Positions 18,561-28,366 of a stretch of 64,000 nucleotides of DNA are shown here, in pieces; positions within the stretch are counted from its first letter, which is position 1, and each line of letters begins with the position of its first letter. Made by a program: the position numbers and the translations under genes. A model generated the notes under the pieces. It was given only the letters and a program-made list of their open reading frames with translations. It did not search any database and had not been told where the DNA came from. Origin of the DNA: Bythopirellula sp. (lineage in GTDB: Bacteria > Planctomycetota > Planctomycetia > Pirellulales > Lacipirellulaceae); the NCBI GenBank assembly GCA_965216565.1, contig OZ244170.1:5147747-5211746 (forward strand), given 5' to 3'.

Positions 18561-20449
18561 GGCTGCTCCTCCACCGACCTATTACGGGTGAATTCCGTGG
18601 GCCCCTGGTGATCGTGATCGATCCACATCGCACTGACCGGATGGAAATCTTGGATGTTGTTGTAGAACCCGCGGACGTAGGGCTTTACCATGTTCTTGGA
18701 AACATAGAAGTAGATGGGGATAATCGGCAACTCGTCCATTAGCATCCGCTCAGCTTCTTCGAGAATCGCTAGCCTTTTTTCAGGGTCCGCCTCGCTATTG
18801 GAAGCCTCGATCAACTCGTCGTACCGCTCATTGGCAAAGCCGGTGTTGTTCTGCTCGCCATCGGTGACATACATGTCCAGATAGGTGAGCGGGTCGACGT
18901 AGTCCCCGATCCAGGCACGGCGGCACAGGTCGTACTTCATTTGACGTTGGCTGGAGTTGTACGATTGCCATTCTTCGTTGCGGGTTTTAATTTGGATGCC
19001 TAAGGCACGTTGCCATTGGCTACGGATGAGTTCGGCAATGGTCTGATGCGATTCGTCGGTGTTATACAGGATGTCCATCCGCGGGAAGCCCTTGCCCTCC
19101 GGATAACCTGCCTCGGCCAGCAGTCGACGGGCCTCTTCGATGTTGCTCGGGTCGCACGTTTGTCGTTCGTAGCCAGGCATCCCCGGTGGGACCAAGGAGT
19201 AGGCCGGTACTTCTCCCGCCGCCAGAATTTTCTCGCAAATCTCTTCACGATTAATCGCCAGCGAAAGGGCCCGACGTACCCGAACATCATTGAGCGGCTT
19301 GCGAGTAATGTTCACCATATAGAAGTAGGACGACATATACGGCTTGGGATTCAGATCATTCCGCGGCGGATCTTCTTTCAACAAAATCCGCAAGGCTTCG
19401 GGAGGTACCGTGTCCATCCAGGCGATTTGATCGGTCATAAACATATTGAGCGCCGTATTTTTGGAGTCTACGGCTAGCGCGTCGACGAGGTTGATGCGGA
19501 CGTTCTCGCGATTCCAATAGGTTTCGCTCCGCTGCATGCGGATACGATCTCGAATCCGTCTGAGTAACGGGATATAAGGGCCGTTGCCAACGAATTTATC
19601 CGATTTTGTCCATCCCGGATTGCCATAAGTTTCCACGCATTGGCGGTTCACAGGAGAGAAGGGATAGAATCCTACGAGCTGTATGAAAAATGGGGCAGGG
19701 TGGTAAAGCGTTACCTCTAAAGTGAGCGGATCGAGCACACGGATCCCGACTTCTCGAAAATCGAACAGCACCTGTCGACACCACCGAGTGTCGTTGGGCG
19801 CAGGGTCAACGGCCAGCGAATCGTCGGTCGGATCGAACCGGATTTGTTCCCCGTCGATGTCAACGACAAAGATGCGATGCTCCGCGTCGTCGCTGTTTTC
19901 AATTCTTACAAGTTTGCCGTAAAGGATCTCGCCGCGACGCGAGTTCACGGCGTCAATGGGTAGGTTAAGCTCTACCTCCACGGGATCGCCGGGCGAGATG
20001 CCACTCCCGCCACGGCTGTAGTTTCTGGCGTTGACGATATGCCAAGCAAGAAAGGCATACTCGGCTGCGGTCCGTGGTCCTAGAAACCTTCGCCATGAAT
20101 AGTGAAAGTCCTCGGCCGTAATCGGCGTTCCGTCAGACCACTTGGCATCGTCCCGCAAGTGGAACGTGTAGGTTAGCCCGTCGTCAGAAATTCCCCAACT
20201 CTTAGCCACTCCGGGAATCGGTTCGATGGTTTCCGGATGCCAATTCACGAGTCGCTCGAATAGGCAATTCATGATTCGCCCCTCCGGCTGGCCCGTGAGA
20301 ATGGCGGGGTCGAAACTCTTCACTTCGGTGCCGTTGGCGAATGTAAAATCAGCAGGCTGCAGACTGGTGCCCATCGTGGCCCATAGCGTCGCGGCAAAGA
20401 TGCCGACCACTGCCACGACGATTAGCACTTTACGGACATCAAGCGGCAT
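18557..20449 (-). CDS. oppA: Oligopeptide ABC transporter substrate-binding protein OppA
   Basis: SBP family 5: PGVAKSWGISDDGLTYTFHLR, NGPY, DVRVRRALSLAINR, WIGDYVDP, PIIPIY. Confidence 0.92.
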   Translation of the reverse strand: MPLDVRKVLIVVAVVGIFAATLWATMGTSLQPADFTFANGTEVKSFDPAILTGQPEGRIMNCLFERLVNWHPETIEPIPGVAKSWGISDDGLTYTFHLRDDAKWSDGTPITAEDFHYSWRRFLGPRTAAEYAFLAWHIVNARNYSRGGSGISPGDPVEVELNLPIDAVNSRRGEILYGKLVRIENSDDAEHRIFVVDIDGEQIRFDPTDDSLAVDPAPNDTRWCRQVLFDFREVGIRVLDPLTLEVTLYHPAPFFIQLVGFYPFSPVNRQCVETYGNPGWTKSDKFVGNGPYIPLLRRIRDRIRMQRSETYWNRENVRINLVDALAVDSKNTALNMFMTDQIAWMDTVPPEALRILLKEDPPRNDLNPKPYMSSYFYMVNITRKPLNDVRVRRALSLAINREEICEKILAAGEVPAYSLVPPGMPGYERQTCDPSNIEEARRLLAEAGYPEGKGFPRMDILYNTDESHQTIAELIRSQWQRALGIQIKTRNEEWQSYNSSQRQMKYDLCRRAWIGDYVDPLTYLDMYVTDGEQNNTGFANERYDELIEASNSEADPEKRLAILEEAERMLMDELPIIPIYFYVSKNMVKPYVRGFYNNIQDFHPVSAMWIDHDHQGPTEFTRNRSVEEQP

Positions 20450-20539
20450 GGCAAGCTTTGGGGCAGAGTCGTAGATGGGTTCGTGGCTGGAGGTGCTCTA
20501 GCTTACCCGGTACCGTTTTTTGCTCAAAGGGGAAATGGT

Positions 20540-21037
20540 GTGTCGCGAGAGCACCACAGGCATAAACCGCCCAGAAGTTTGGCCCAGCCCAGGGAGTTGG
20601 TAATTGTCTGTGCGCCGATGCGCTCGAACGTGAACTTGTCGAGAATCGCAAGGGCTGCTAGCTGCTGCGGATTGAAGAAGATTATCTGCACAGGTCCGGC
20701 CAAACTCGATCGTCGAATCGCCCGCGATGGGGCCGACACCATTCAGATCGAATCACACCGCACATTGCCCCCCGTGCTCGCTGAATTGCGTCAGGGTGGC
20801 TATCGGCTCGTGGGCTTAGAACAAACGACCGATTCGCAGGACATTCACCAATACTCATTCCCCCGCAAGACGGCATTGGTGATTGGCAACGAGCGATCAG
20901 GGCTCACGCAAGAGTTGCTTGACGAACTGGACGAAGCGGTCGAAATCCCCGTTTGGGGGATGCCGCATAGCTACAACGCGGCAACAGCCACCGTCATGGC
21001 CCTCTACGAGTATTGCCGCCAGTTTCCCGACGGTTAG
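20540..21037 (+). CDS. TrmH/SpoU family RNA methyltransferase
   Basis: NVNLSRIARAA, ALVIGNERSGL, IPVWGMPHSYNAA (SPOUT); start taken at GTG 20540. Confidence 0.88.
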   Translation: MSREHHRHKPPRSLAQPRELVIVCAPMRSNVNLSRIARAASCCGLKKIICTGPAKLDRRIARDGADTIQIESHRTLPPVLAELRQGGYRLVGLEQTTDSQDIHQYSFPRKTALVIGNERSGLTQELLDELDEAVEIPVWGMPHSYNAATATVMALYEYCRQFPDG

Positions 21038-21069
21038 GTCCTGGGCGAATAATGCCGTCGCGCGTTAGA

Positions 21070-21126
21070 CTTGAGAACGTTAACACAGCTCGAGATCGTT
21101 AACACAGCTTGAGATCGTTAACTCAA
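21070..21126. repeat. Three tandem 19-bp repeats containing GTTAAC
   Basis: cttgagaacgttaacacag / ctcgagatcgttaacacag / cttgagatcgttaactcaa. Confidence 0.85.
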
Positions 21127-21137
21127 CAGGTCATTTG

Positions 21138-21176
21138 TCCCCCTCCTTTGAAAAGGAGGGGTTAGGGGAGGATTGA
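21138..21176. repeat. Hairpin repeat (TCCCCCTCCTTTGAAAAGGAGGGG family)
   Basis: Near-identical to 17425-17463. Confidence 0.88.
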
Positions 21177-21246
21177 CTCTCGCAATTTCCCCATTCGCAT
21201 AATCGTAATTAATAATTCAAAACAATCGAAATGAAAGGCTCAGGCC

Positions 21247-21585
21247 ATGGCCGAAGTATCCGAGCTCTACGACGAAGCAGAAAAGCTAAAGCAAGAAGGC
21301 GATCTAGAGGGAGCAGCCTCGAAGCTTGAGCAGGCAATTGCCGCAGACGAATCCTACGCCCTGGCGCATTCTGCTCTGGCGGTGGTCCTGCAGCGCATGA
21401 GCAAGCACGACGAGGCGATCGACCACGCGAAGAAGGTTTGCGAGCTCGAGCCGAACGATCCGTTTAGTTACACCGCCATGAGCGTGACGTACCAACGCGC
21501 CTACGCGGGCACCAACAACATGGAATACATTCGCATGGCCGAAGACGCAATGGAGCAAAGCCGAATACTAAGTCAGCAGGGCTAG
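21247..21585 (+). CDS. Small TPR protein
   Basis: TPR pattern AASKLEQAIAADESYALAHSALA...AKKVCELEPNDP. Confidence 0.85.
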   Translation: MAEVSELYDEAEKLKQEGDLEGAASKLEQAIAADESYALAHSALAVVLQRMSKHDEAIDHAKKVCELEPNDPFSYTAMSVTYQRAYAGTNNMEYIRMAEDAMEQSRILSQQG

Positions 21586-21720
21586 AACCTCTTCGTCAAT
21601 CACGTTCCGCCATTCAGTTGGCGGCGTCTGCCAAAACACTACGAAATGGTCCCAGTGAGAGGGACCCAGTGCAGCGAAAGGCAGCGCCGAAAACGCCTAG
21701 CCCAAACTCAGCTCGAGCCG

Positions 21721-22086
21721 TTAGCCTTGCTGACCCTGGCCTTGTGGCTTGGCGACAACTCGCTTCTGCACGTCAGTTTCCAACACGCCAAAAGCTTGCT
21801 CGTGCCGTTGTACCGAAAGATGCAACGCGTGCAGCATACGCTTGGCTGTGTAGTAATTGGTCACAATGCGTTGGGTGATTTCCACTGGCTCCGAAGGCAC
21901 GCCAAAGGGTTGCGAGTTGAGACCGAAGTCGATAATCAGTTCTTCTGGGGTACCCGTGACGCGGCAGAAATTCGCATAGGAGCATGTCGCTTTGTCGTCG
22001 TCCACCTGTACGCGAGCTTGCTGTTCTTGAGCAGCAGCAGGAGAGTCGGAAGGAGTTTCGGCGGAGGGTTTGTCTTCTTTGGCCAC
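21721..22086 (-). CDS. DUF3467-type protein
   Basis: YANFCRVTGTPEELIIDFG...TAKRM...HEQAFG; start taken at GTG 22086. Confidence 0.8.
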   Translation of the reverse strand: MAKEDKPSAETPSDSPAAAQEQQARVQVDDDKATCSYANFCRVTGTPEELIIDFGLNSQPFGVPSEPVEITQRIVTNYYTAKRMLHALHLSVQRHEQAFGVLETDVQKRVVAKPQGQGQQG

Positions 22087-22234
22087 TGTAGGTCTCCGTT
22101 GTTGTTTGAGCCTAATTACGCGATCCACTCACAAAGAGCGGTAAAATTTGTATGCTGAGAAACCTAGTGTAAAGCATCCCCCCTGTTCCGTCCAAGCCCT
22201 GGCAGTCTGGGTAGGAGAAAGCACCCACGTTGGC

Positions 22235-22882
22235 CTATTTGCTGGATTGCAAACTTAGAATGACACTCTCAACTTCGGTGCCGTGAGCGTGATAGGTGGC
22301 TACTTTTCGGAGCTCAAGCGATTTGAGTAACCCCCGGTGCCGCGCTTCACCCCGTTCTTCTAGCCAGCGCTGACCTTTTATGAGCAGAAGTTGATCGAAC
22401 GCATCCCAGTAAGGGGCCATCCAAGTGAGGATCTTTGCCATCGAGGCCACGCCTCGGGCCGTTAGTGTATCGAAGGTCTCCAACTCCAGCACTTCCTCCG
22501 CTCGGCAGGCATTCACCTGAACGGAGAGTTCAAGCTCTTCGACGATGGCTTGTACAACGCGAGCTTTCTTCTGGGTCGACTCGCAAACACTCACGCGCAA
22601 ATCAGGCCGGCAAATCGCAATGATAAGTCCTGGCACCCCGCCGCCCGTGCCGACGTCGAGCACACGCTCCCCCTTTTCCAGCAGATGAGCTAGCTGCAAG
22701 CTATCGGTGACGTCGCGATCGATGAACTTCTCGTACGTCGTATGCCGCGTTAGATTGAGCTGTTCGTTCCAACGCCACAACGCAGCTCGATACCGATCGA
22801 GCACTATCAGCTGCTCCTCGGGTAGCTGGATGTCTCGTTCTTGCAGATGCTGCTGTAACAGCTGATGTTGGGAGTCGCTCAA
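22235..22882 (-). CDS. rsmG: 16S rRNA m7G527 methyltransferase RsmG
   Basis: WNEQLNLT, DSL, LDVGTGGGVPG, ESTQKK, RAE, TARG. Confidence 0.92.
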   Translation of the reverse strand: MSDSQHQLLQQHLQERDIQLPEEQLIVLDRYRAALWRWNEQLNLTRHTTYEKFIDRDVTDSLQLAHLLEKGERVLDVGTGGGVPGLIIAICRPDLRVSVCESTQKKARVVQAIVEELELSVQVNACRAEEVLELETFDTLTARGVASMAKILTWMAPYWDAFDQLLLIKGQRWLEERGEARHRGLLKSLELRKVATYHAHGTEVESVILSLQSSK

Positions 22883-22997
22883 AATAGAATTTCCATAGCC
22901 GGGTGATTGCTAGCCGAGGATCAAGTATCTTGCATAGCAGGGCTGGCGCGAAGGGTCAGCCGAGGGTGCCTACCAATTTCTTCGTTCCCGTGGCTTC

Positions 22998-23897
22998 ATG
23001 TTTGGCATTTTAAATATCAACAAACCGAGCGGCTGGACGTCGCGAGACGTCGTGAATCGCATTTATGGCTTGCTCAAGCCTATGAAGGTGGGGCATACCG
23101 GTACGCTCGACCCGCTGGCGACAGGGGTATTGATCGTAGCGGTAGGCAAGGCGACGCGGCTGATTCAATATTCGCACCGTCTGCCGAAACGCTACCGGGC
23201 GACTTTCCATTTGGGCCGAAGTAGCCCCAGCGACGACATCGACACCGACGTGCAGATTCACGAGGGTGCTCCTCAGCCAAGCAAGCTGGAACTCGAGGCG
23301 ATGTTACCAGAATTTGTGGGGACGATTCAGCAAAGGCCCCCTGCCTACGCCGCGGTAAAGATCGAGGGCAAGCGGGCCTACAAACTGGCCCGTCGTGGCG
23401 AGGAGGTTCAGCTTGAGCCTCGACCGGTGAATGTTCATTCGCTGGAGCTCGTCGACTACGAGTATCCGGAACTTGTCTTGGATATCAAATGCGGGAGCGG
23501 AACCTATGTGCGAGCCATTGGCCGCGATCTGGCAGAACGACTGGGCACGGTCGCAGTGATGTCTGCCTTGGAGCGAATCGAGATTGGCGGGCTCAATGTC
23601 TCGGCTGCAGTGGAAATGAGCGAATTGCGAGAAGAAGTTTCTCAGCATCTATCATCGCCACTGAGTTTGGTGGAGTCGTTGGAGCGAGTCACCCTAACAG
23701 AAGAGCAGATACTGCGACTGCTAAATGGCCTGACCATCGAATTGCCAGAGACTCTCGTGCAACGCGCACCTTTGCCAACCGCAGAGTTGCAGCGGGAAAT
23801 TGTGGGACTCGATTCGATGGATCGCATTGTTACGATCATAGAGAAGACACCGACTGGTGAATTCAAACCACTGTGCAACTTTCCTCGATCGTTGTGA
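22998..23897 (+). CDS. truB: tRNA pseudouridine(55) synthase TruB
   Basis: INKPSGWTS, KVGHTGTLDPLATGVL, QRPPAYAAVKIEGKRAYKLARRG, CGSGTYVR. Confidence 0.96.
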   Translation: MFGILNINKPSGWTSRDVVNRIYGLLKPMKVGHTGTLDPLATGVLIVAVGKATRLIQYSHRLPKRYRATFHLGRSSPSDDIDTDVQIHEGAPQPSKLELEAMLPEFVGTIQQRPPAYAAVKIEGKRAYKLARRGEEVQLEPRPVNVHSLELVDYEYPELVLDIKCGSGTYVRAIGRDLAERLGTVAVMSALERIEIGGLNVSAAVEMSELREEVSQHLSSPLSLVESLERVTLTEEQILRLLNGLTIELPETLVQRAPLPTAELQREIVGLDSMDRIVTIIEKTPTGEFKPLCNFPRSL

Positions 23898-24255
23898 TCG
23901 TTAGATTTCTGCCAGGAATCTGTATTACTAGCCATTTACTAGCGAACTCTTGGGCAGCTCTGGGCGTTCTAAGTCTTGCGAAGCGTATTTACCAAGAGCA
24001 TTCGTAGCCTGTCGTGTCGGTTATAGGCCGTGCGCCAAGTCCTGCCTATCGTCCGTTCCAGGCAGTTCTTACCGAGGCTAGCCGCAGATGTGAATCTTGG
24101 CCGCTGCAGGTTCCGATAACTAAACGAGCAAGGTAGGGGCTATACGCGCCCAGACTGCGCCACACGCCAGGATAGGCACCAGGGATATACGATAGGGCAC
24201 GGATGGGCCCAGCGATCAGGCTGCAACTACCAGAAGGTAGGGCAGTCGGAAACCT

Positions 24256-27200
24256 ATGATTGCCCCGTCAATGTTCGAAAACCGAAGTATAAAATTCGAT
24301 CTGCTGGCCATCTTGATGTTGGCCGCAACCGTGCTCGTTGGCATGTCGCTCCTCACCTATGAGGCGACCGATCCACCCAGCACTCTGGTCTATCCCGCTC
24401 AAGATAATTATCAAAACGCTTGCGGGCCAATTGGTGCATACGTCGCGCACTATCTGCTCGAGAGCTTTGGCATTGGCGCCTACTATTTGGTTGGTTCGTT
24501 AGGCACTTTGTCGGTAGTCCTGCTTTGGCGGCGTGGTGTCGATCAGCCCGTATTGCGTGGCGTAGGCTGGGCAACATCGCTGGTAGCCATCGCCACACTC
24601 GCAGCGATGGCGTTGCCGCATTTTACTCCTGGTCCAGAAATTGGAGCCGGCGGCTATCTAGGAGCCATGGGGCGGGCGCTGCTCGAAACTCATTTTGCCA
24701 GTGCGGGCGCATTTATCCTGGCGCTCACCGTCTTGCTAGCCGGCATGCTGCTTTGCACAGATTACCTGTTGCTGAAGTTCGTCGCGGCTACGACGATCAT
24801 TTCTGGTCGGAGTCTCGTTTCGCTAGGCCATTTGGGCGGCTCCAAGTCGACCCGCGGCAAAGATCGTCCTGAGACCGATCTGGAAGACGAATTCGAAGAC
24901 GACGAAGAGGCAGAGTACGAAGACGACGAATACGAGTATGAAGATGAAGACGACGGCGAGGAGGATTCAGCCGACGACGAGAATGAATACGAAGAAGAAT
25001 ACGAAGACGAAGACGAAGAGTGGGAAGAAGAAGACGAAGCCGACGAGTCCCCGCTCAAAGTCCGCACTCCCGCCGCTAAGCTAGCTGAAGAGGCGGCAGA
25101 AGCCGAGGGAGAAGCGTCTGCCCCTGGCGGTTTGAAGACCAAGCTGGCTAGCGCGCTGCGTATCAAGAAGAAAACTAAGCCGTCCGCCAAAGAGGCGGAA
25201 AAAGACGAGGTTCGACACCAACTTGAGGCCGCAGAGCAGGTCTCCGAGATCGACGTCGACTACGAATTGCCGCCGCTCGATCTGCTGCTGGAATCGGACG
25301 AAGTCAGCTACGAAGAGCACGAGCGTGAAGTGCGTCGCAAAGCGAAGCTACTCGAAAAGACATTCCGCAACTTTGGCTTCAACGTAAAAGTCGTCGAGAT
25401 CGAAACTGGCCCCGTAATCGCCCAGTACGAAGTTGAGCTGGAAGCTGGACTGCGACTGGCGAAAATCACCAACTTGGCAGACGACCTGGCCATCGCACTG
25501 CGCGTGCCCAGTGTGCGTATCGTTGCGCCAATCCCCGGCAAGAATACAGTTGGCATCGAAGTCCCCAACGAGAACCGCCAACTCGTTCGCCTGCGAGATG
25601 TCATTGAGGAGACCAATGGCCGGTCGAAACGGATGAAAATTCCCGTGTACTTGGGCAAAGATGTCTCGGGCAACCCGATGGTGGTCGACCTCACCTCACT
25701 GCCGCATCTGTTGATTGCTGGCCGGACGGGAACGGGTAAAAGTGTGTGCCTGAATACCATCATCGTCTCGATGTTAATGAGTCGGGGTCCCGACGAAGTG
25801 CGGCTCCTGATGATCGATCCCAAGATGGTCGAACTCAGCGGGTACCGCAAGCTACCGCACTTGATGCATCCGGTGGTGACAGACATGCGTAAAGCCGAGG
25901 CAATTCTGTCTTGGGCGGTCGACAAGATGGAGGAGCGTTATCAACTATTGGCACGTGCCGGGGTAAGACACGTTACGGTCTACAATCAATTGAGCGAGGA
26001 GGAACTCCGCGACCGAATCCAGCCGAAGAGCGAAGCCGAATGGGAAACGATTCCTAAGCAGTTGCCTTTCGTAGTGATCGTGGCCGACGAAATGGCCGAC
26101 TTGATGATGACCGCGGGCAAAGATGTCGAGCAGCACATTATTCGTCTGGCTCAAAAAAGTCGTGCCGTTGGCATTCACTTGATCCTTGCCACGCAGAAAC
26201 CGACCGTCGACGTAATCACGGGCTTAATCAAATCGAACTTGCCCGCCCGGATTGCCTTCCAGGTGGCTAGCCGAACCGATAGCCGTGTGGTGCTCGATGA
26301 GATGGGTGCGGACAAACTTCTCGGCAACGGCGACATGTTGTTCCTCTCGCCAGGAACTAGCCAACTGCTGCGTGGCCAAGGGACATTCCTGTCCGATGAT
26401 GAGATCACCTCTATTGTGGACTTCGTCGGAACCGATCAGCCGCAATTCGCCAAGGAGCTGATCGAGCTCAAAACTAAAGACGAAGAAGAGGCGGCAGCGC
26501 CGGGAGCGCTGAAAAATCGCGACGAACTGTACCAAGCTGCCGTCGATGTGGTGGTCCGCGAACGTCGTGGAAGCGTCTCGCTATTGCAGCGGTGCCTGGG
26601 CATTGGTTACGGACGAGCGGCGCGGCTCATCGATTTTATGGCCGAAGATGGTATCGTCGGCGAGTACAACGGATCTCAGGCACGCGAGGTGATGGTCTCC
26701 GTCGAAGATTGGGAGGCAATGTCAGGCGATGGCGACCAATCAGCTGAGCAAGCCGACGGTCCCACCACGACGGCATCCGTACAGCCCAAGGAGCGCCGTA
26801 CCAACAAGATAGTCCCCGGTGCCGATGAACCGAGCGACATCGAAGATCAGATCGAGGAAGAAGATCAGATTGAGGAAGTCGAAGAGCAAGACATCGCCGC
26901 ACCATGGGAGGGCGATGACGACGAGAGCAGCGAATACGAAGACGACGAACTAGAAGACGAAGAGCTCGAAGAAGAGGAACTTAGAGACGAAGGTGAACTC
27001 AAAGACGAGGACGAACTCGAAGACGAAGGTGAATGGGAAGAGGAAGACGAGTGGGAAGACGAAGACGGCGAGGAGGCTTCAGCCGACGACGATCCGGAAG
27101 AAGATGAACTAGCCGAAGACGAAGAGTGGGAGGAAGACACCGATGAGGAAGAAAACGAACTAGAAGACGACGAAGAATGGGAAGACGAAGACGACGAGGA

Positions 27201-27360
27201 AGCAGCAGCCGACGATGAACCAGAAGAAGACGAATTAGCCGAAGACGAGGAGTGGGAGGAAGACGAAGACGCTGAATACGAAGAAGATGAGTGGGAAGAC
27301 GACGAGGAAGACGAGGACCTCGAGGACGAGGGCGACGAGCCCCTAGCCGAAAGTGCATAG
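24256..27360 (+). CDS. ftsK: DNA translocase FtsK with acidic linker and very acidic C-terminal tail
   Basis: 4TM N-terminus, PHLLIAGRTGTGKS, IDPKMVEL, DEMADLM, ATQKP, gamma domain SVSLLQRCLGIGYGRAARLID. Confidence 0.96.
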   Translation: MIAPSMFENRSIKFDLLAILMLAATVLVGMSLLTYEATDPPSTLVYPAQDNYQNACGPIGAYVAHYLLESFGIGAYYLVGSLGTLSVVLLWRRGVDQPVLRGVGWATSLVAIATLAAMALPHFTPGPEIGAGGYLGAMGRALLETHFASAGAFILALTVLLAGMLLCTDYLLLKFVAATTIISGRSLVSLGHLGGSKSTRGKDRPETDLEDEFEDDEEAEYEDDEYEYEDEDDGEEDSADDENEYEEEYEDEDEEWEEEDEADESPLKVRTPAAKLAEEAAEAEGEASAPGGLKTKLASALRIKKKTKPSAKEAEKDEVRHQLEAAEQVSEIDVDYELPPLDLLLESDEVSYEEHEREVRRKAKLLEKTFRNFGFNVKVVEIETGPVIAQYEVELEAGLRLAKITNLADDLAIALRVPSVRIVAPIPGKNTVGIEVPNENRQLVRLRDVIEETNGRSKRMKIPVYLGKDVSGNPMVVDLTSLPHLLIAGRTGTGKSVCLNTIIVSMLMSRGPDEVRLLMIDPKMVELSGYRKLPHLMHPVVTDMRKAEAILSWAVDKMEERYQLLARAGVRHVTVYNQLSEEELRDRIQPKSEAEWETIPKQLPFVVIVADEMADLMMTAGKDVEQHIIRLAQKSRAVGIHLILATQKPTVDVITGLIKSNLPARIAFQVASRTDSRVVLDEMGADKLLGNGDMLFLSPGTSQLLRGQGTFLSDDEITSIVDFVGTDQPQFAKELIELKTKDEEEAAAPGALKNRDELYQAAVDVVVRERRGSVSLLQRCLGIGYGRAARLIDFMAEDGIVGEYNGSQAREVMVSVEDWEAMSGDGDQSAEQADGPTTTASVQPKERRTNKIVPGADEPSDIEDQIEEEDQIEEVEEQDIAAPWEGDDDESSEYEDDELEDEELEEEELRDEGELKDEDELEDEGEWEEEDEWEDEDGEEASADDDPEEDELAEDEEWEEDTDEEENELEDDEEWEDEDDEEAAADDEPEEDELAEDEEWEEDEDAEYEEDEWEDDEEDEDLEDEGDEPLAESA

Positions 27361-27595
27361 CTCGCCGTCCGCTTCTCTCTTGTAATCGTTACAGGCCCAC
27401 CTCTTGTTGGGCCCAAAATCTACGACGCCCTTGTCCAGGCCCTCCTTGAGGCGCCTGCCGCTAGCCGATTGGCATCAGGCTGTTTATGATGCAGTGAGAC
27501 GCCTTGTTGAGTGGGATTGTCCAGTTCCCCAGGCCGTTTAGCCGGCGACGCGGCCCTCTCCTCATTCTTTTCTTAGACCGGAAATCAATCAGCCT

Positions 27596-28360
27596 GTGGA
27601 ACCGCTTAGCCAAACCATCATCGTTGTGCCATGCTACAACGAGGCGCAGCGGCTTCGCCTAGAGTGCTTTCAGCAATTCTTGGCTGAGCATCCGCAAATC
27701 CAATTCCTGTTTGTCGACGATGGCAGCAAAGACGGCACCGCGGACCTGTTGGAGCCGGCATGTGCAGCCCAGCCCGAGTCGCTGCGACTCCTCAAGCTTG
27801 CAGCCAACGGTGGCAAAGCCGAAGCGGTACGTGCCGGCTTCCTAAAAGCCTTTGAATCAAAGCCTGCCGCCGTTGGTTTTTGGGATGCCGATCTTTCCAC
27901 GCCGCTGGACGAATTGCCACGGATGCTCGATATCTTAGAAAAGCGACCAGAGATTGAAATGGTGTTCGGTGCCCGCGTGAATCTACTCGGTCGTTCGATT
28001 CGCAGAAAGTTGTCGCGTCACTACATTGGCCGCGTGTTTGCCACGTTCGTGGCCCAGCTTCTGGGGCTCGCAATTTACGATACCCAGTGCGGTGCCAAGG
28101 TGTTCCGCACCAGCGACGAGCTACAGAGCCTTTTCCAAGCCCCGTTTCTATCCCGCTGGATATTCGATGTAGAAATCATTGCGCGTTCGATCCAATCGCG
28201 GAAACGCGATAGCTTGCCGCCGACCTCTTCGATCATTTGCGAAATGCCTTTGAAAACCTGGGTCGATGTCGAAGGTTCGAAGCTGAAGCTCAAAGACTTT
28301 TTCCTCGTCGCCCGCGATCTGGTTCGCATCTACTTCAACACAATGCGATCTGCAAGGTAA
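27596..28360 (+). CDS. GT2 glycosyltransferase (polyprenyl/dolichyl-phosphate glycosyltransferase-like)
   Basis: VVPCYNE, VDDGSKDGT, NGGKAEAV, DADL, DTQCGAK, WIFDVE. Confidence 0.9.
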   Translation: MEPLSQTIIVVPCYNEAQRLRLECFQQFLAEHPQIQFLFVDDGSKDGTADLLEPACAAQPESLRLLKLAANGGKAEAVRAGFLKAFESKPAAVGFWDADLSTPLDELPRMLDILEKRPEIEMVFGARVNLLGRSIRRKLSRHYIGRVFATFVAQLLGLAIYDTQCGAKVFRTSDELQSLFQAPFLSRWIFDVEIIARSIQSRKRDSLPPTSSIICEMPLKTWVDVEGSKLKLKDFFLVARDLVRIYFNTMRSAR

Positions 28361-28366
28361 TCGGCT

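Noticed and set aside
21070..21126. CRISPR array
   Set aside because: Repeats are contiguous with no spacers, and there are no cas genes
21646..22158. 170-aa plus-strand ORF
   Set aside because: Antisense to the DUF3467-type gene, which carries the family motifs
26865..27416. Poly-Ser and Arg/Leu-rich minus-strand ORFs
   Set aside because: Antisense readings of the FtsK acidic tail
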